Positions 12,585 through 24,522 of a stretch of DNA of 64,000 nt are shown piece after piece; positions within the stretch are counted from its first letter, which is position 1; the number at the start of each line of letters is the position of its first letter. The notes under the pieces were generated by a model, which searched no databases, had not been told where the DNA came from, and saw nothing but the letters and a program-made list of their open reading frames with translations. The stretch is from positions 18,947,357 to 19,011,356 of the forward strand of contig OZ316892.1 of assembly GCA_973895155.1 (NCBI GenBank), written 5' to 3'. Origin of the DNA: Marsupella aquatica (Eukaryota; Plantae; Marchantiophyta). The position numbers and the translations under genes are program-made.

Positions 12585-13905
12585 GGTGACGTCTTTGGTT
12601 TGACGAGTCACTCTTGTACAGTGCTATTTTGAGACCAGGTTTGGGAAACGTGCTAAAGGAGGGTGTGTGTGTTTCTCTTTCTTTTCTTTCCCTGAGAAAA
12701 CGAAAAAGGATCAATCTACTAAAAAGGAGTCAAACAAAAGTACAAAGCCAGTCATTTTGCTTGACGAGTCACTTTGCACAGCACTACGTAGAGACCAGGT
12801 TTGGGAAACGTGCTAAAGGAGTGTACGTGGGTGGGCTTGTCTTTCTTTTCCTTCCCAAGAAAACGAAAAAGGATTTTGGTGACGTCTTTGGCTTGACGAG
12901 TCCCATTTCCCAATACTGTTTAGAGACTGGGTTTAGGAAACGTACTTTAAGTGCACGTGAGTGCCTTGTGATGCCACAGGTGTCCATCTTCTTCGGTGCA
13001 GTTTGGGAGGTGAAACCATTATTGTTCACGACGCTGTGCGAGATGCGATTGCTCAGGTTCTCTCTGGCTCTTTGGTATGCGTGCGGCGGGAGGTGATACT
13101 CGAGTTACCTGGTCCTCCATCACAGCGGTTACGGGTGGATCTTACCATGGTCCGTGAGGGTCAACGTACTTTGGCAGATGTTGTGGTGGCAAACCCATTG
13201 CGCCAAGACATCATTGAGACAGCGGCAACTACGGCAGGGGCAGCAGCGTCACGTGCGGCAACAACGAAGGAGGCCAAATATGCTGCACGAGCTTCATCCG
13301 ACAGCTTCCTCCCCCTTGCTGTGGAGCTATTTGGGCGTCTTCATCCTCAGTTTGATGGGCTTCTTCGGCAAGCTGCCCGGGATGTTCATGGCCGAATGGG
13401 TCCCACCGGACCCCCGCTTTCTATTTTGACCACGCACTTTCGCCAACGCATTTCAGTCACCTTACAGCGTGCTCAAGCTCGGGCCATCTATCGTCGATCT
13501 CTTACAGTGGGTGCTAGTGTGCCTCCGCAGCGGCTAGCTCCCCTTGAGGATGTTCCACTCCCACTTGCCGATCTAGTTTTGACTCTTGATGTGGACCATT
13601 AGCTTTTTGCCACAATCGGTAGGCATGATGAGGACCTCGGTCCGCTTGGGTTAGTTTTAGTCTCTCTCTCTTTCTTGGTTTTTAGGGGTTCCCTATTGTT
13701 CATTTCTTACTTTTAGTTCCTCTTTCTTGGTGTTTAGTGGTTCCCTTTTGCTCATTTCTTTTTCGATTGGTTTTGTCCACTTGGGCCCTCTTTTGTTTGT
13801 TCATTTGTACTCTGTTTGGTCCCTTTGTATATAAAAAGTGTGTATATTTCTTCACGTGAGTGGGGTTGTCTTTCGTTTCCTTTCCCTTGGAAAACGAGGA
13901 AGGAT
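12585..13905. repeat. three ~130-165-bp tandem units; the third is split by a retrotransposon insertion
   Basis: TTGACGAGTC..GAGACCAGGTTTGGGAAACGTGCTAAAGGAG..GAAAACGAAAA(A)GGA repeats. The third unit resumes at 13863 after the insertion. Confidence 0.75.
12964..13852 (+). mobile_element. 5'-truncated CRE-like non-LTR retrotransposon (RLE domain plus 3'UTR)
   Basis: ORF ending at 13602 with the tail of a CCHC knuckle (HLLRC), HDAVRD, RVD..AD..K (EAKY) and FLPLAVE. Exact 10-bp TSD CACGTGAGTG at 12954-12963 and 13853-13862. Near-identical to 54010-54890 in reverse orientation. Confidence 0.85.
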
Positions 13906-14674
13906 GCGAAAACAAAAGTATAACGGATTTGGGTGACTTCCACTGTTTGCTAGGATCACCTTCTCCAAATTAGTGTTATTAACATTATTTTTAACCCTAA
14001 ATTTTTTTTTTGTAATCCTTATTAGGGTGAACAGAATGTATCTCTCTATATGCATGGACAAAAACTACAGTAGATATATTCTCAGTTTTAAGCAAACAGA
14101 TTAATTTGGTTTTCTCCAGTTTTATCAGATGTGGGATAGATGTGACCCCCTTGAAGCAGACACCTTCACATCCAGCTTGGTAATCTTTGGAATAGTCAAG
14201 TATTGTACTGAAGTGTCCTTTTAATATGATGGAGGTAGATGTGCTTTCTCATATTTGGCGGCTAAAATTTTGATAGAGAAAATACATTACATGCTATTAA
14301 ATGACATGCTCTTGTGATGTACAAATTGCAGATTTAAGGTGTTTGGCGTTACAACTTCCTTTTACAATCCCCCCCTCCCCCACAACTTCCTTTACAATCC
14401 CCCTCCCCTCCCCTCCCCTCCCCCCTCCCGAAAAATATCAGCACATAAATATCCATGCTTAACCATATGATACTTAGTGATAATGAAAATTTATGGAAAA
14501 ATCATAATCGAGAAGATTCAGAGAAAATGATACAAAATTCTTATGAAAACAACCCTTTTTATCAGAGTAAAAAGGGTATCCAACGATACCAATGAAGTTC
14601 CAATCATAGATATGTATTCAATACATGAGTAGGAGCTCCCATGCAAACTTTTGTCTCCCTGGAAAGATAATAAA

Positions 14675-15016
14675 ACCAATTGGCTTAGGTCAATTGGCTA
14701 GGGGATTTGCCTGGAACTGAGAGGTCCCAGGTTCAATCCCCCTTCCACACACTGGGGTGTGGAGGGTATCTGTGTGTGGAGGGTATCTGTGTGTGGGTGG
14801 GATGGGTTTTGTGGGTGGTGGATTGGGAGTTCTGATTATCTGCTCGGCCCCTGGTTGCCCACTTTGTGGCCCTGATGTAATCCTCTCTCCTTCCTCGTGC
14901 GGGTCCCTGTCAGATCCGTTGGGCTCACCCTGGTCTGGGTTCCCTACAGAAAAACTGTCACATTGGGGTGGGGGGAGTGTAATTGTATTTCCTCCCCATT
15001 TTTTTCAAGACAAAAA
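14675..15016 (+). mobile_element. tRNA-derived SINE
   Basis: A-box-like TAGGTCAATTGG (14686-14697), B box GGTTCAATCC (14730-14739), A-rich tail, and a 13-bp TSD GAAAGATAATAAA at 14662-14674 and 15017-15029. Confidence 0.75.
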
Positions 15017-15062
15017 GAAAGATAATAAATTTGAAAGGCTGCCAAAACTAACTGCAAGTTAA

Positions 15063-16432
15063 ATCTACACAGTGTTAATGCTCTCGCATATTCATGGGGC
15101 CCCGTACACTGCCGGTCACAGTCCCCAATGTTGCTGCCCAACCTAGCCCAATTTTGTCAGAACATAAACTTAGACTCTACCATTTTGTCACCGGCTTCAA
15201 CCCGATCAACTTTGTGCAATCGACTTTGGGTTTATGTTCTGGCACCCTTCCTTGCTGTTGCCCGCTCTGGCCCAAGTCCCTGATGCTCCTGTCCACTCCG
15301 GCCCAAGCTTGCCAAAACATAAACCAACCCTCTATCATAAATCAAGACTTTTATCCAAAGTACTAGGCTTTGCCTGAGCGCTTAGACTCTATTACAAAAG
15401 AGACATGAATTCACTGGAAAAAAGTGTTGCCAGAAACATAAACCACAATTCCATAGAGAATAAGCATTTGGCAGAACATCAACCAAGACTCTTCATTGAG
15501 ATGTGCAGTAGCATCTGCAAGGAAAGAAACACCGCTACCTACTCCCTATTTTAGAGGAGACTTCCAGGTTGGGTGGTCCTGCACCAGACTATTTAAGCTC
15601 ACCTTATGTCTATGCGTGAGATCTGCCAAACACCCCAAAAAAGCAGACAGATCACTGGAGCCATTGTACAACTTCGGGATGCACTCAAACCGTGGAACCA
15701 GACAGACAGCCCGGTTGCCCTGAACCAAGAAGTTGATAAGGATTAAACCCAAAATAGACACTACTTTTTGATTTCTTGTAATGGAAATTGCAGAGTCCTG
15801 AGGAAGTTTCTGAGACACCACATTGAGCCCTTGCCTGGTACCAAACAACACCAGACAAACATTAGAAATGAGCACGGAAACAGAAAGCAGGAGTACCAGT
15901 ACCAGCTTGGTAGGCAGAATAGATGCAGGAATAGTCAGTAGTGCAGTTTTTACAAGTGGATCATGATGCTTGATACCACCTGGTGTATCGGGCCTACTGG
16001 CCTGATTAGTGTTGTTTTGTGTGCAGTCTGGCCGGGGCTGTGCTTTTATGGGGCGGCTTTCGTCCCCTGGGCTGTGTTGTTGTGGGTCTGGCCTTTTCTT
16101 CTGGCATTTTGAAAGAAAAGTTTTTTTAAAATTATCCAAGACTCTATCAATCATGATTCTTATATAACCAAAGTACTAAGCTCCCGACTAAGCTCTGCCT
16201 AAACACTTAGACTCTATTACAAAGCAAGTGTGACTTTGTTGGAAAGGAGTGTGCCAAAACATAAACCCAAAGTCAATTCCACAAAGTTGATCAGGCCAAA
16301 CTGGGTGACAAAATGGTAGAGTCTTGGTTTATGTCCTGGCAAACTCAGGCCGGAGCGGCCATCAACATTGGGGACTGGGACGGGCGGTGTACGGGGCCCC
16401 AAGATATGGGGGAGCATTAACGTGGCATAGAT
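15063..16432. mobile_element. non-autonomous DNA element with ~185-bp imperfect TIRs, flanked by TTAA
   Basis: 15063-15245 is an imperfect reverse complement of ~16250-16432. TTAA lies at 15059-15062 and 16433-16436. A possible nested insert at 15493-16135 is bounded by CCAAGACTCT. Confidence 0.7.
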
Positions 16433-16449
16433 TTAATGTGTGGTCAAAA

Positions 16450-16630
16450 GTGGCAACAGAAGAGGAGGAGAAACATGCAGCACAAGCATCATCCAATAGC
16501 TTCCTCTTGTTACTGAGAAATTTGCAAGATTCCATAACCAGTTCAATGGGCTCATTCAACAGGCAGCTCGAGACATTTGTGCATGGGCTTGCTCCATAGG
16601 ACTACCAATATCCATGTTGGCAATGCACAA
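16450..16630 (+). mobile_element. old degenerate fragment of the same CRE-like family
   Basis: Translates as VATEEEEKHAAQASSNSFLLL versus AATTKEAKYAARASSDSFLPL in the younger copies; DNA similarity continues for ~180 bp. Confidence 0.6.
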
Positions 16631-18594
16631 TGAACAACAACATTTCTCGCCGACAATGCTTTGCAACTACAACACGGCAGCTTCAACAACGCAACAAAGT
16701 AATGACTCTTCTACAACCACTCGGCTTGAACAACAAGACTTTGCACAAACAACTTGGCCGCAATAACAACCCACCCAAATGGCAATTGGCTTCCACAACC
16801 ACAATACATTCACAACAACAACATGGCTGCAACAACAAATGTCTAATGCGTGGGCATTGGACTAGTATACTACAATTTGCAATCAAAATCTACCTTTCCT
16901 GGCCTAGTCCATACAGTGAATATACATATTCCATGATTTCTCCCGTAGCAAGAAGACTATGCTTATAAGTAAAGATGGTCATGAGAATGGCGAGCCTTTG
17001 CTATGCATACACACATTGAGGTAGTTGGGCTAGCCTGAGTGACTAGCCACTCATGGTGTTCTTAGAGGAATGTAGCTATGTTTTTCAGTGGTCTAGTCAT
17101 GTCTGGTCCAACCTGATTCTGGTGTGTATTCTTGTGACCTTTGACCTTTTGTCTGGTCCTGCCCTCATTGCCTCTGTTGTATTGGAGTTTACGTTTGGCA
17201 GTAAGTATAGTATTGCATTTGGGAGAAAAAGCCTGGATATGATTCACAAGCTCACATGTGATCTGGTAAGAGTTTTATTTTTCACCTGTAAATGGAGTTG
17301 GAATTTCCTTGAACATGAGAAAGTGCGCATTGTGTTCCAACGTACCTTCAAATTCTTCTTTATTTATCCTAGTATCTTGATAATAGGATGGGCCACACCA
17401 TTTGACCACACAGCTTGGATGGACCTAGCAGCTTTTGCGACCCAAAAGTGCAATAATGCATGGAAAGCAAAGACACCGTTTGAAAGCAATATTAGAAAAC
17501 AGTCTACCAGGGCAACTCCAAGTTATTTTCAAACATTGTAGTCCATTTGGGCATATTTTTCTAAATAGAGAGTGCCTTTTCCATGTAGTATGCAGTTTCT
17601 ATCATTTTCTAGGAAAGGTAGATAAGATAGTATTGAAGTAACGTTCCAAAATGATCTATTCCGGCTTTGGGGGTCCATCCTAGAATCCCGGAAAGCTGTA
17701 ATGGTCCATCCAGGAGTTTCCTTTAAAAAGTACGGTGCATGATTTATAGGCAACTACAGTACAATGTCACTAAAAGAAATTTTAATTTTACAATTTATCA
17801 TTATTTTTGTTACAAATATGTCACGTTTTTCATATATTTCCATTCTAGTTACTTTCTAAAATTTATTTTCTTTTTAAAAATCATGGTATATTTGTAAAAT
17901 ATAAAAATAATATGACAATGTTATCAATCTGAACATTTTTAATGGCAAAATAATTAATAATTTGTATACGCTCCATAGCATTTGAAATTTGAATCTGAGC
18001 CACGCTATTGCGAGGAACGGCCATTCCCCTATTCTTAGCCGGGAACGGTAATTCCTATAAGTTGTCGGGAATGGCGTCTCCTCCGAATTCCGAGATGCCC
18101 TCTCCCCGCCAAACGGGGGCCAAACCGGCGGCGATGGGTCTTGAATGCCTGTTGTGGCGAAAAGTGTTTCTTCAGTTCCCGGCGGACCCGAAGCTGTGTC
18201 AGAAATCCCGGCGGCAAATGAAACCTCCCGGCCGGGAAATCAGCCACTGGGATAAGGATTGTTTGGCCGGGCGCAGGGACAGTGGCGACGACAAACCTAC
18301 TGTCAAGTAGGTTACTGCACCCGTACTCGTACAGTCACTGTACCGTGCAGTTTGGGGTATTTTATACAACGCTCGGACCGTACAAGAGGAGCAGCACTCC
18401 ACGCACTGAGTATTGGACCGTACAGGAGCTCGACAAAGTGCGCTGTAGTGCCGCATTTGATACGGTAGTCAGGTACTGTGGCGTATGGACCCGTTAACTA
18501 CAGTAGTCTTCTTGTACAGGGTCATGGGCAGGACAACTACCGGATGGGGCCAATCTAATGAAGGTTGGATGTTAAGGGACACTCTTTAGGCTGT

Positions 18595-18726
18595 ATTTGG
18601 TCGGTTGATGGACACCCAAACCAAACTTTTCTCCCCAACTAACCCCATAAGATTTTGAGCAAGTGTATTTAATGTCTATCAAAGGTTTGGATCACTTGGG
18701 GGTCACTTTTCCATCAAACATATACC
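18595..18726. mobile_element. Mutator-like MITE remnant
   Basis: TTGATGGAC..CCAAA..AAACTTTTCT..CAACTAACCCCATAAG..CCATCAAACATATA resembles 3274-3442. Confidence 0.45.
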
Positions 18727-21700
18727 ATTAGGATCAAACTTCAGCGTGGAAGGAAATTATTCCTAACAAGTCAATGCTTAAGAACACGCCTAAATTTGAA
18801 TCCAACTTAACATACATGTGAATCTCACAATATCAACCTATAAATGTATCTTGAAGGTTTGCCAAAATCCTTCGACGCCATCCTCATTGCATTGCTAAGA
18901 CACCAAGCTCGACAGTTCAAAGACCACAGGGAAAAACAATTCAGTTGATGTCAAACTTGTAAGTTTTGAATGATAAACAATAAAAATAATACTGAGAGTT
19001 CCAAATGTTTCCTCCCTTAAAATGAGTGCATCGCTAAATGAATCCATCGAAGAGCAACTTACAATCAAACAAATGAAAATAGTGTGTCCATGTCCTGAGA
19101 GCTTGCCTCCATCGAACTAATCTAAATTTAGGGCCACCACTCCATATATCCACTCCGTCATACTCACTCCATATGAGGGGGAAGATTCACAGACGACTCA
19201 CAATAATGTCCAAGCAGAAAACCAACAGCAGAAATGAGCAATCAGAACAGAAATGACAAGAGCGGGGTACAATAATTCATAGCGTAATTAGCAGACTCTG
19301 TGTCTTTACCGGTTTGAATTGGAATAGAATAAAATTATGAAAACTGGGGATTGGAGCCCGCTACCCTCGATAAGTTTTGGATCAAACTGTGGGGGACTGT
19401 GGGGGTCGAAGACAATCATACTGTTAGGCTTCTGATTCCCGCTCAGTTGCACGCACCAGTGATCCCCATCAATCCACAAGTTTTCGAAAATACCATCCTT
19501 CCCCAGGACCAGAACTGAATATTTTATATCTTTCAGTCTGTTTACCATCAAAAAGCAAAAGCTTCAATGTATGACGGTGATGCGATGAGTGAGTCTAATG
19601 ATTCTGTCTTCGAGCTAGGTGAGTCAGACTGGAAAATCTACGATAACTGAGCGCAGCCAGGAATGATCGACGAGAGGAGTCAGACGTTTGCGTGATGACG
19701 AATCAGCAACAGCGAAAAATCTCAGTAGGCTGAACTTAGCTCAGCTTCCCAGGCACTACCAACAATTCTCGTGAGCAACCAAAGATTCACCGACAGTACT
19801 TACAGGTTCAATTGCTATCCTGTGCAATCTCTATTCTCTGTTCCATTGTTTACTGAACTTTGCACGGGTGAGACTTTGTCAGCGTGGGTGTTGCTGTACT
19901 CCAACTTACTTGCTTCTGTTGAGGGTGGTCCTGTTCTGTCCACAGGCACTCCGTTTAGTGTTTTACGGATAGCTTGTGTTGTGTCCATTCAAGTCTGCTG
20001 CCTCCCTACCCCCTTCCCTCCAATTCTCCCTCCCTGCATAGACGTACTTAGACGGGACAGACATACATATATGGTGGTGTCTCAGGTGCTCCTAAGTCTG
20101 GTTGGGGATTTAGGGTGAGTGGAGACAATGGATTGCATCATGTACCGGAGACCATACCGTCGATTGCAGTCCTCAAAATTGATTTCTGCTGTAATCACAC
20201 ATCCGAATGTGGTAATATATGGTGTGCATTCATTGACAAAAGAAAATAGCTAGATTTATCATGGTATGGAGGGATGTTGTGCATTTACCGGGGCCGAAAT
20301 TGATGGTGCATAGATGCAATTACATGCCGTGCACGACCGATCATCGCGAGTGAACTGCAGATTTTTGGTATATGCGTTCTTGGGCTGCTGGTTGCATCTT
20401 GAAGTCGAGGGGGGGGGGGGGAACTACTTTCCTGATTACAGTTAAACCGCACCTGGATCGAGAAGATGGTCTCGTTCTGGAAGCAACAAGAAACTGACAT
20501 CAATCTGACTCCAATTGTCTTATTTGCTGTCCACTAGAGCTGGTGTTTCGGTAGATTAACATGATGGGAGTCGAAATAAATATGTATGAGTCATACCGAG
20601 CAGAAGGGGGCCATACCGGGAGTCCTGCCCCAACAGCCAAGAAACACAATAAAGGGTACGAACAGAAGAAAAATTAGGGAAGACCAAAGAGCCGGGGAGG
20701 ATGAAGCTTATGAAAATACACAAGTGGGTGGAGCACAGTTTTGAGGTTTTGAGCTAACAGTGCCTAAAGTAGTTATCTTCAATGCCTCCCTTCTGACTGA
20801 GATCCGGCACAACACAGGAGACAATGTTTTTGAAGTCGTCAACTTTCTAGAGTTCCAGCGTAGTATTGTTTTTGACGCAGCCTACCTGCCACAGGATATG
20901 TCCGTTTTCTCGACCTGCTTCATCATAACTTCTCGTCACATTCACTACACTGACCAGTTTAGGGTTTCACTAAATTTTGCGCGGAAGTTTTTCCCACATT
21001 TCTGCATGGCATTGTGTCAGCCCAGCATTTTGAAGGTCAGATAAAGCCAAGATATTCCAAGGGTCTTTCTTGGTTTCTCAGTTTGTACTATGGATGTTTT
21101 ACGAGTGCAATCTTTGTTATGGTTAGGATTTTTAATTTGGTTGGAAAATTATGATGTCGAACGTCCAGATAATGACACAGCGTACATGATTGTGATTTCT
21201 CGGAAAACGTTCAAATTGACTGGTTAGGGTTTCTAAGGATATTGTTAACATTTCGTTCGGCAAATAATTGGAAAAGTAAAAAACGAGTTGCTAGGGTTTA
21301 AAAAATGAACAATAGGAAGAATGAAGTGCAGCTTAAAGAATATAGGGGAAAAGTAAATCAGATTGCTATCAACAAGTGTTTCAACTAGAAATTCATTCCA
21401 TTGGAAAAAGCACGGTAGCAACAGAGCAATATTTCCGTCGATTGTTTCATTAAATGAGCAATATTTGAATGGAGCAGTAATGGGCGACCTTCGAATGTGG
21501 CTGATCTGCACACATTGACCTACGATGACGCCCTGCCATCTCCCTATCACCTAACTGTCGTTATGAAGCAATTACTTTCAGCTCAATAGATGTGCATGAG
21601 TTGCTAACAGAACCGCACTGGTTTTCCATATACTATCGTCAAAATAGCTCAGGAGACTGTTTTGTACAATCGTCAAATAGCCGACATACAACTTCTAGCT

Positions 21701-21784
21701 TTGTACGTGATAGTGGGAAAACTATTGAGTAGAATCAAGAAATCTACTCTCGTCCGGTGACACCGACTTTCATGAGAAATAAAT

Positions 21785-22743
21785 CTACTTTTGGCCGGTT
21801 AATGCATCCTTCACTCCCAAAGTCGCTCCCGTCACTGTGTCAATGCCCTGCGCAAAACTCAAAACAAGTAAAATGTGAATACGCTACTCCTTCGATTTCA
21901 CCAAGTTGCAGAGGAAAACGAACAGGGCACTTGCATTCGACGCACAACCTAAGAACATTGTTATACAGATCCATGCATGAGGAACAGAACCGATCAACCA
22001 GTTCAACTAATTCTTTCCCGGACACATCCAATGCCCATTTTTTTAAATGAGGCATAGAGGGAAACATGTTCGCAAAAGCGGACAACGAAGAAATCATATC
22101 GAAGAGAGACATTTACCGTCTGCAAATATCCCTTCGTCGTATCTTTGCCTGCAGCGGCGGAATCACTGGTGGTCTGACCAGCTTGGGCGGCCTTATCGGA
22201 AGCGACGTTCTTCGTATCCTGGGCGGTGGCGCTGGTCTTCTGCCCAGCTTGTCCTAGGGTGTTGGACACATATTGCCCAGCCTTGCTCGTCGTATCGACG
22301 ACGTAGTCTTTCCCTTGGTAAGCCTTGTCAGCGAAAGTGTCTTTCGCTCCCACCGCTGTATCGGTTCCCGTTTGTGCACCACTGGCGGCAGTCTGCTTCC
22401 CCGAGTTCAATGTGTCGGACCCATACTGAGTAGCCTGTCCGGCATAACTCTTAGCAGTGTCGACCGCCTGGCCGGCATAGGTCTGGGCAGTGCCAACGAC
22501 GTTCGAGGCAACAGATTTCGCCTGGTCCCATATTCCAGCAGCGTTCGATTGAGTCGTTCCAGCGGTATCCGAGGCTACTTGCTGCGTCTTCCCAGCCGCA
22601 TCCGCTGCTGTTTGCGGCGTCTTCCCTGCGTAATCAGAGGCCGTTTGCTGCGTCTTCCCTGCGTAATCTGTGGCAGTTCCCTTCACATTGGCAGCGGCAC
22701 CACCTGCGGTGTTTGCGGCCTTGTCATACTGCTCGCTCGACAT
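21785..22743 (-). CDS. group-3 (LEA_4-like) late embryogenesis abundant protein, 2 exons, ~229 aa
   Basis: Exon 1 is 22743-22117 (MSSEQYDKAANTAGG..., Ala/Thr/Gln/Gly-rich 11-mer repeats such as TASDYAGKTQQ), with donor ACG|GTAAAT. Exon 2 is 21847-21785, after TTTTGCGCAG, and reads GIDTVTGATLGVKDALTGQK*. Confidence 0.88.
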
Positions 22744-22998
22744 CTTGTTTGAACTGAATGGAATTCCTGAGAATTACTCGAGAGAACGAGATAAAAACTG
22801 AATCCGGAAGGAGTGTGACCCTCGAAGCAAGGCAAGAACTGGAGATGCGGCAACGAAATGAGAATAGAATTCTGATGAGTGAGTTCGAATTCTTGAATGA
22901 AAAGCTCTGGAATGAAAAGTTGAGGTAGTGTCGACGATGAAATGCGGAGGGGTTCTTGTAGTGCTGGCGGGGCCTTGTGTCTTGGACGCAGGGGGTGG

Positions 22999-23156
22999 CA
23001 CGTGGATATCCACGTGTCGCTTTCGCACAATTCGCCGATTCAGCCAAGGCACGTGTCGATATTCCATGCGCGAAGGCCTCGATGTCGATCCTGGACATTG
23101 ATCTCACCGACTGGATCGGTCATCTATTGTCCTGACCAGTTAATGAGCACCACGTG
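22999..23156 (-). promoter_or_regulatory. ABRE/G-box cluster plus a DRE-like core upstream of the LEA gene
   Basis: CACGTG at 22999, 23011, 23050 and 23151; ACCGAC at 23106-23111. These lie 256-413 bp upstream of the LEA ATG. Confidence 0.75.
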
Positions 23157-23879
23157 GGCCCAGGTTATTCGCCGGCTGACCGTTTACGAAGCGCTGATTG
23201 GCTGGCGTGAGGTATACGAATGATACACGGCCCATGCCCCATGATGGCTGACCGTTGGCCCCCTCCGCGTAGTACCTTAACCGGGGAGTTAACCAGGGTA
23301 GTTTGTCATCGTGTCAGGTTCTAACGTTCTAACGGACATGTCAATTGATGCACAGAGGTGAAGTCGAGTGTCCGAGTGAGGTACCAAACCTTGGCACCGA
23401 CACTTTCTAATTTATAATTTAAATACCATGATGCCCCGGGATGGACCACAAATGTTAAACAAATAACTAAGACGGAGCAATCTCGAAACATTAGTCTGAA
23501 ATTCGAATAATGTACTTCCTGTGTACCAATTGTCACCTTTTTTGAGTCTCAAATGTTGTTAGGTCCCTCTGAATTGCATGGTCAAACCTGTGGTCTATCT
23601 GAGCCTCAACATTATACTCTAGTACATATGTATTTTTCAAAACTTCATATAATTCCATCTAAATACTGATTGACTAGGTCAAAATGTGTATGTCTATTTT
23701 GGGTAGTTGTAGCATGCAAACAAACAGTGGAAAAAAATCTAACATGAGGGGAAAAATTATTCACAACACCTTGTTTTTTCCCTCATAAAATGGAAAAACC
23801 CATACACCACTTTGCTAGCAAACTCACTCTCTAGCTAGCCAAAACCTTAAATGGGAGAAGAGTACCGCATGCCAAGGGC

Positions 23880-24087
23880 ACATTGAGACAATTGTTCTAC
23901 TACTGTCCACGGTTGCTACCACATTGGACTCAACTCAAACACATTGTTGTCTGCACTAGTCTGAACAAGGCTGTCAAGTGCTCCTTTTCTAGCAAATAGA
24001 TAAAGATATTTGGTCAGGAAACTGCAACCTTGGCTTCCTTCTCCTCATCCATGAGATGCTCACCACCATTTGGACTGAGCAAAGACA
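23880..24087 (+). mobile_element. old LINE-like relic, target of the copia insertion (continues ~29864-30430)
   Basis: GCACTAGTCTGAACAAGGCTG..GCAACC..CTCCTTCTC is shared with ~50760-50900. Assignment as a LINE is inference. Confidence 0.35.
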
Positions 24088-24508
24088 TGTTGGGTATTTA
24101 CTCTTACGTCTAGGTTAGGTATGACGTGGTTGGTACAACAACGTGGGTTGGTACAACTACGTGGTTAGGTACAACTACGTGATTAGGTACAACTATGTGG
24201 TTAGGTACAACTACGTGATTAAGTACAACTATGTGGTTAGGTACAACTAAGTTGCACACTATATCATAAGAGGCATGTGTGCTTGGAGAGGTAGAACCAA
24301 GGCTCATTGTTATGGAGTCACTTGAGAGATAGGGAGAGCTTACACTGTGGAGACTCGGTATAGCCGACGGGCTTAGAGTTCAGTAAAGCTCTCTTGTGTG
24401 TTCCCGTGGACGTAGCCTCAAGGAGGTGAACCACGTATCTCTTGTGTCGACTATTGTGCGTTGGATGGTTCATGGGCTTGCCGTTGCGATCGTCGTCTAT
24501 GCTCAACA
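24088..24508 (+). repeat. 5' LTR (421 bp) containing 7 units of an 18-bp repeat
   Basis: TGTTGGG...CTCAACA; repeat unit GGTTAGGTACAACTACGT. Confidence 0.95.
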
Positions 24509-24510
24509 AT

Positions 24511-24522
24511 TGGTATCAGAGC
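24511..24522 (+). other. primer binding site (initiator tRNA-Met)
   Basis: TGGTATCAGAGC, 2 nt after the 5' LTR. Confidence 0.92.

Noticed and set aside
17053-17541. 162-aa ORF or possible transposase relic
   Set aside because: No motif I can recognise on either strand.
22003-22116. C-terminal part of the 246-aa LEA ORF in the track
   Set aside because: Read-through into the intron; the LEA-like C-terminus is exon 2 at 21847-21785.
22047-22752. + strand ORFs overlapping the LEA gene
   Set aside because: Antisense shadows of the GC-rich repetitive LEA exon.
24113-24250. GGTTAGG in the LTR repeat as telomeric sequence linked to CTC1
   Set aside because: No tandem TTAGGG or TTTAGGG runs; proximity to CTC1 is probably coincidental.
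24110-24307. (VVPNH)n ORFs here and at 29424-29657
   Set aside because: Antisense translation of the 18-bp LTR repeat.
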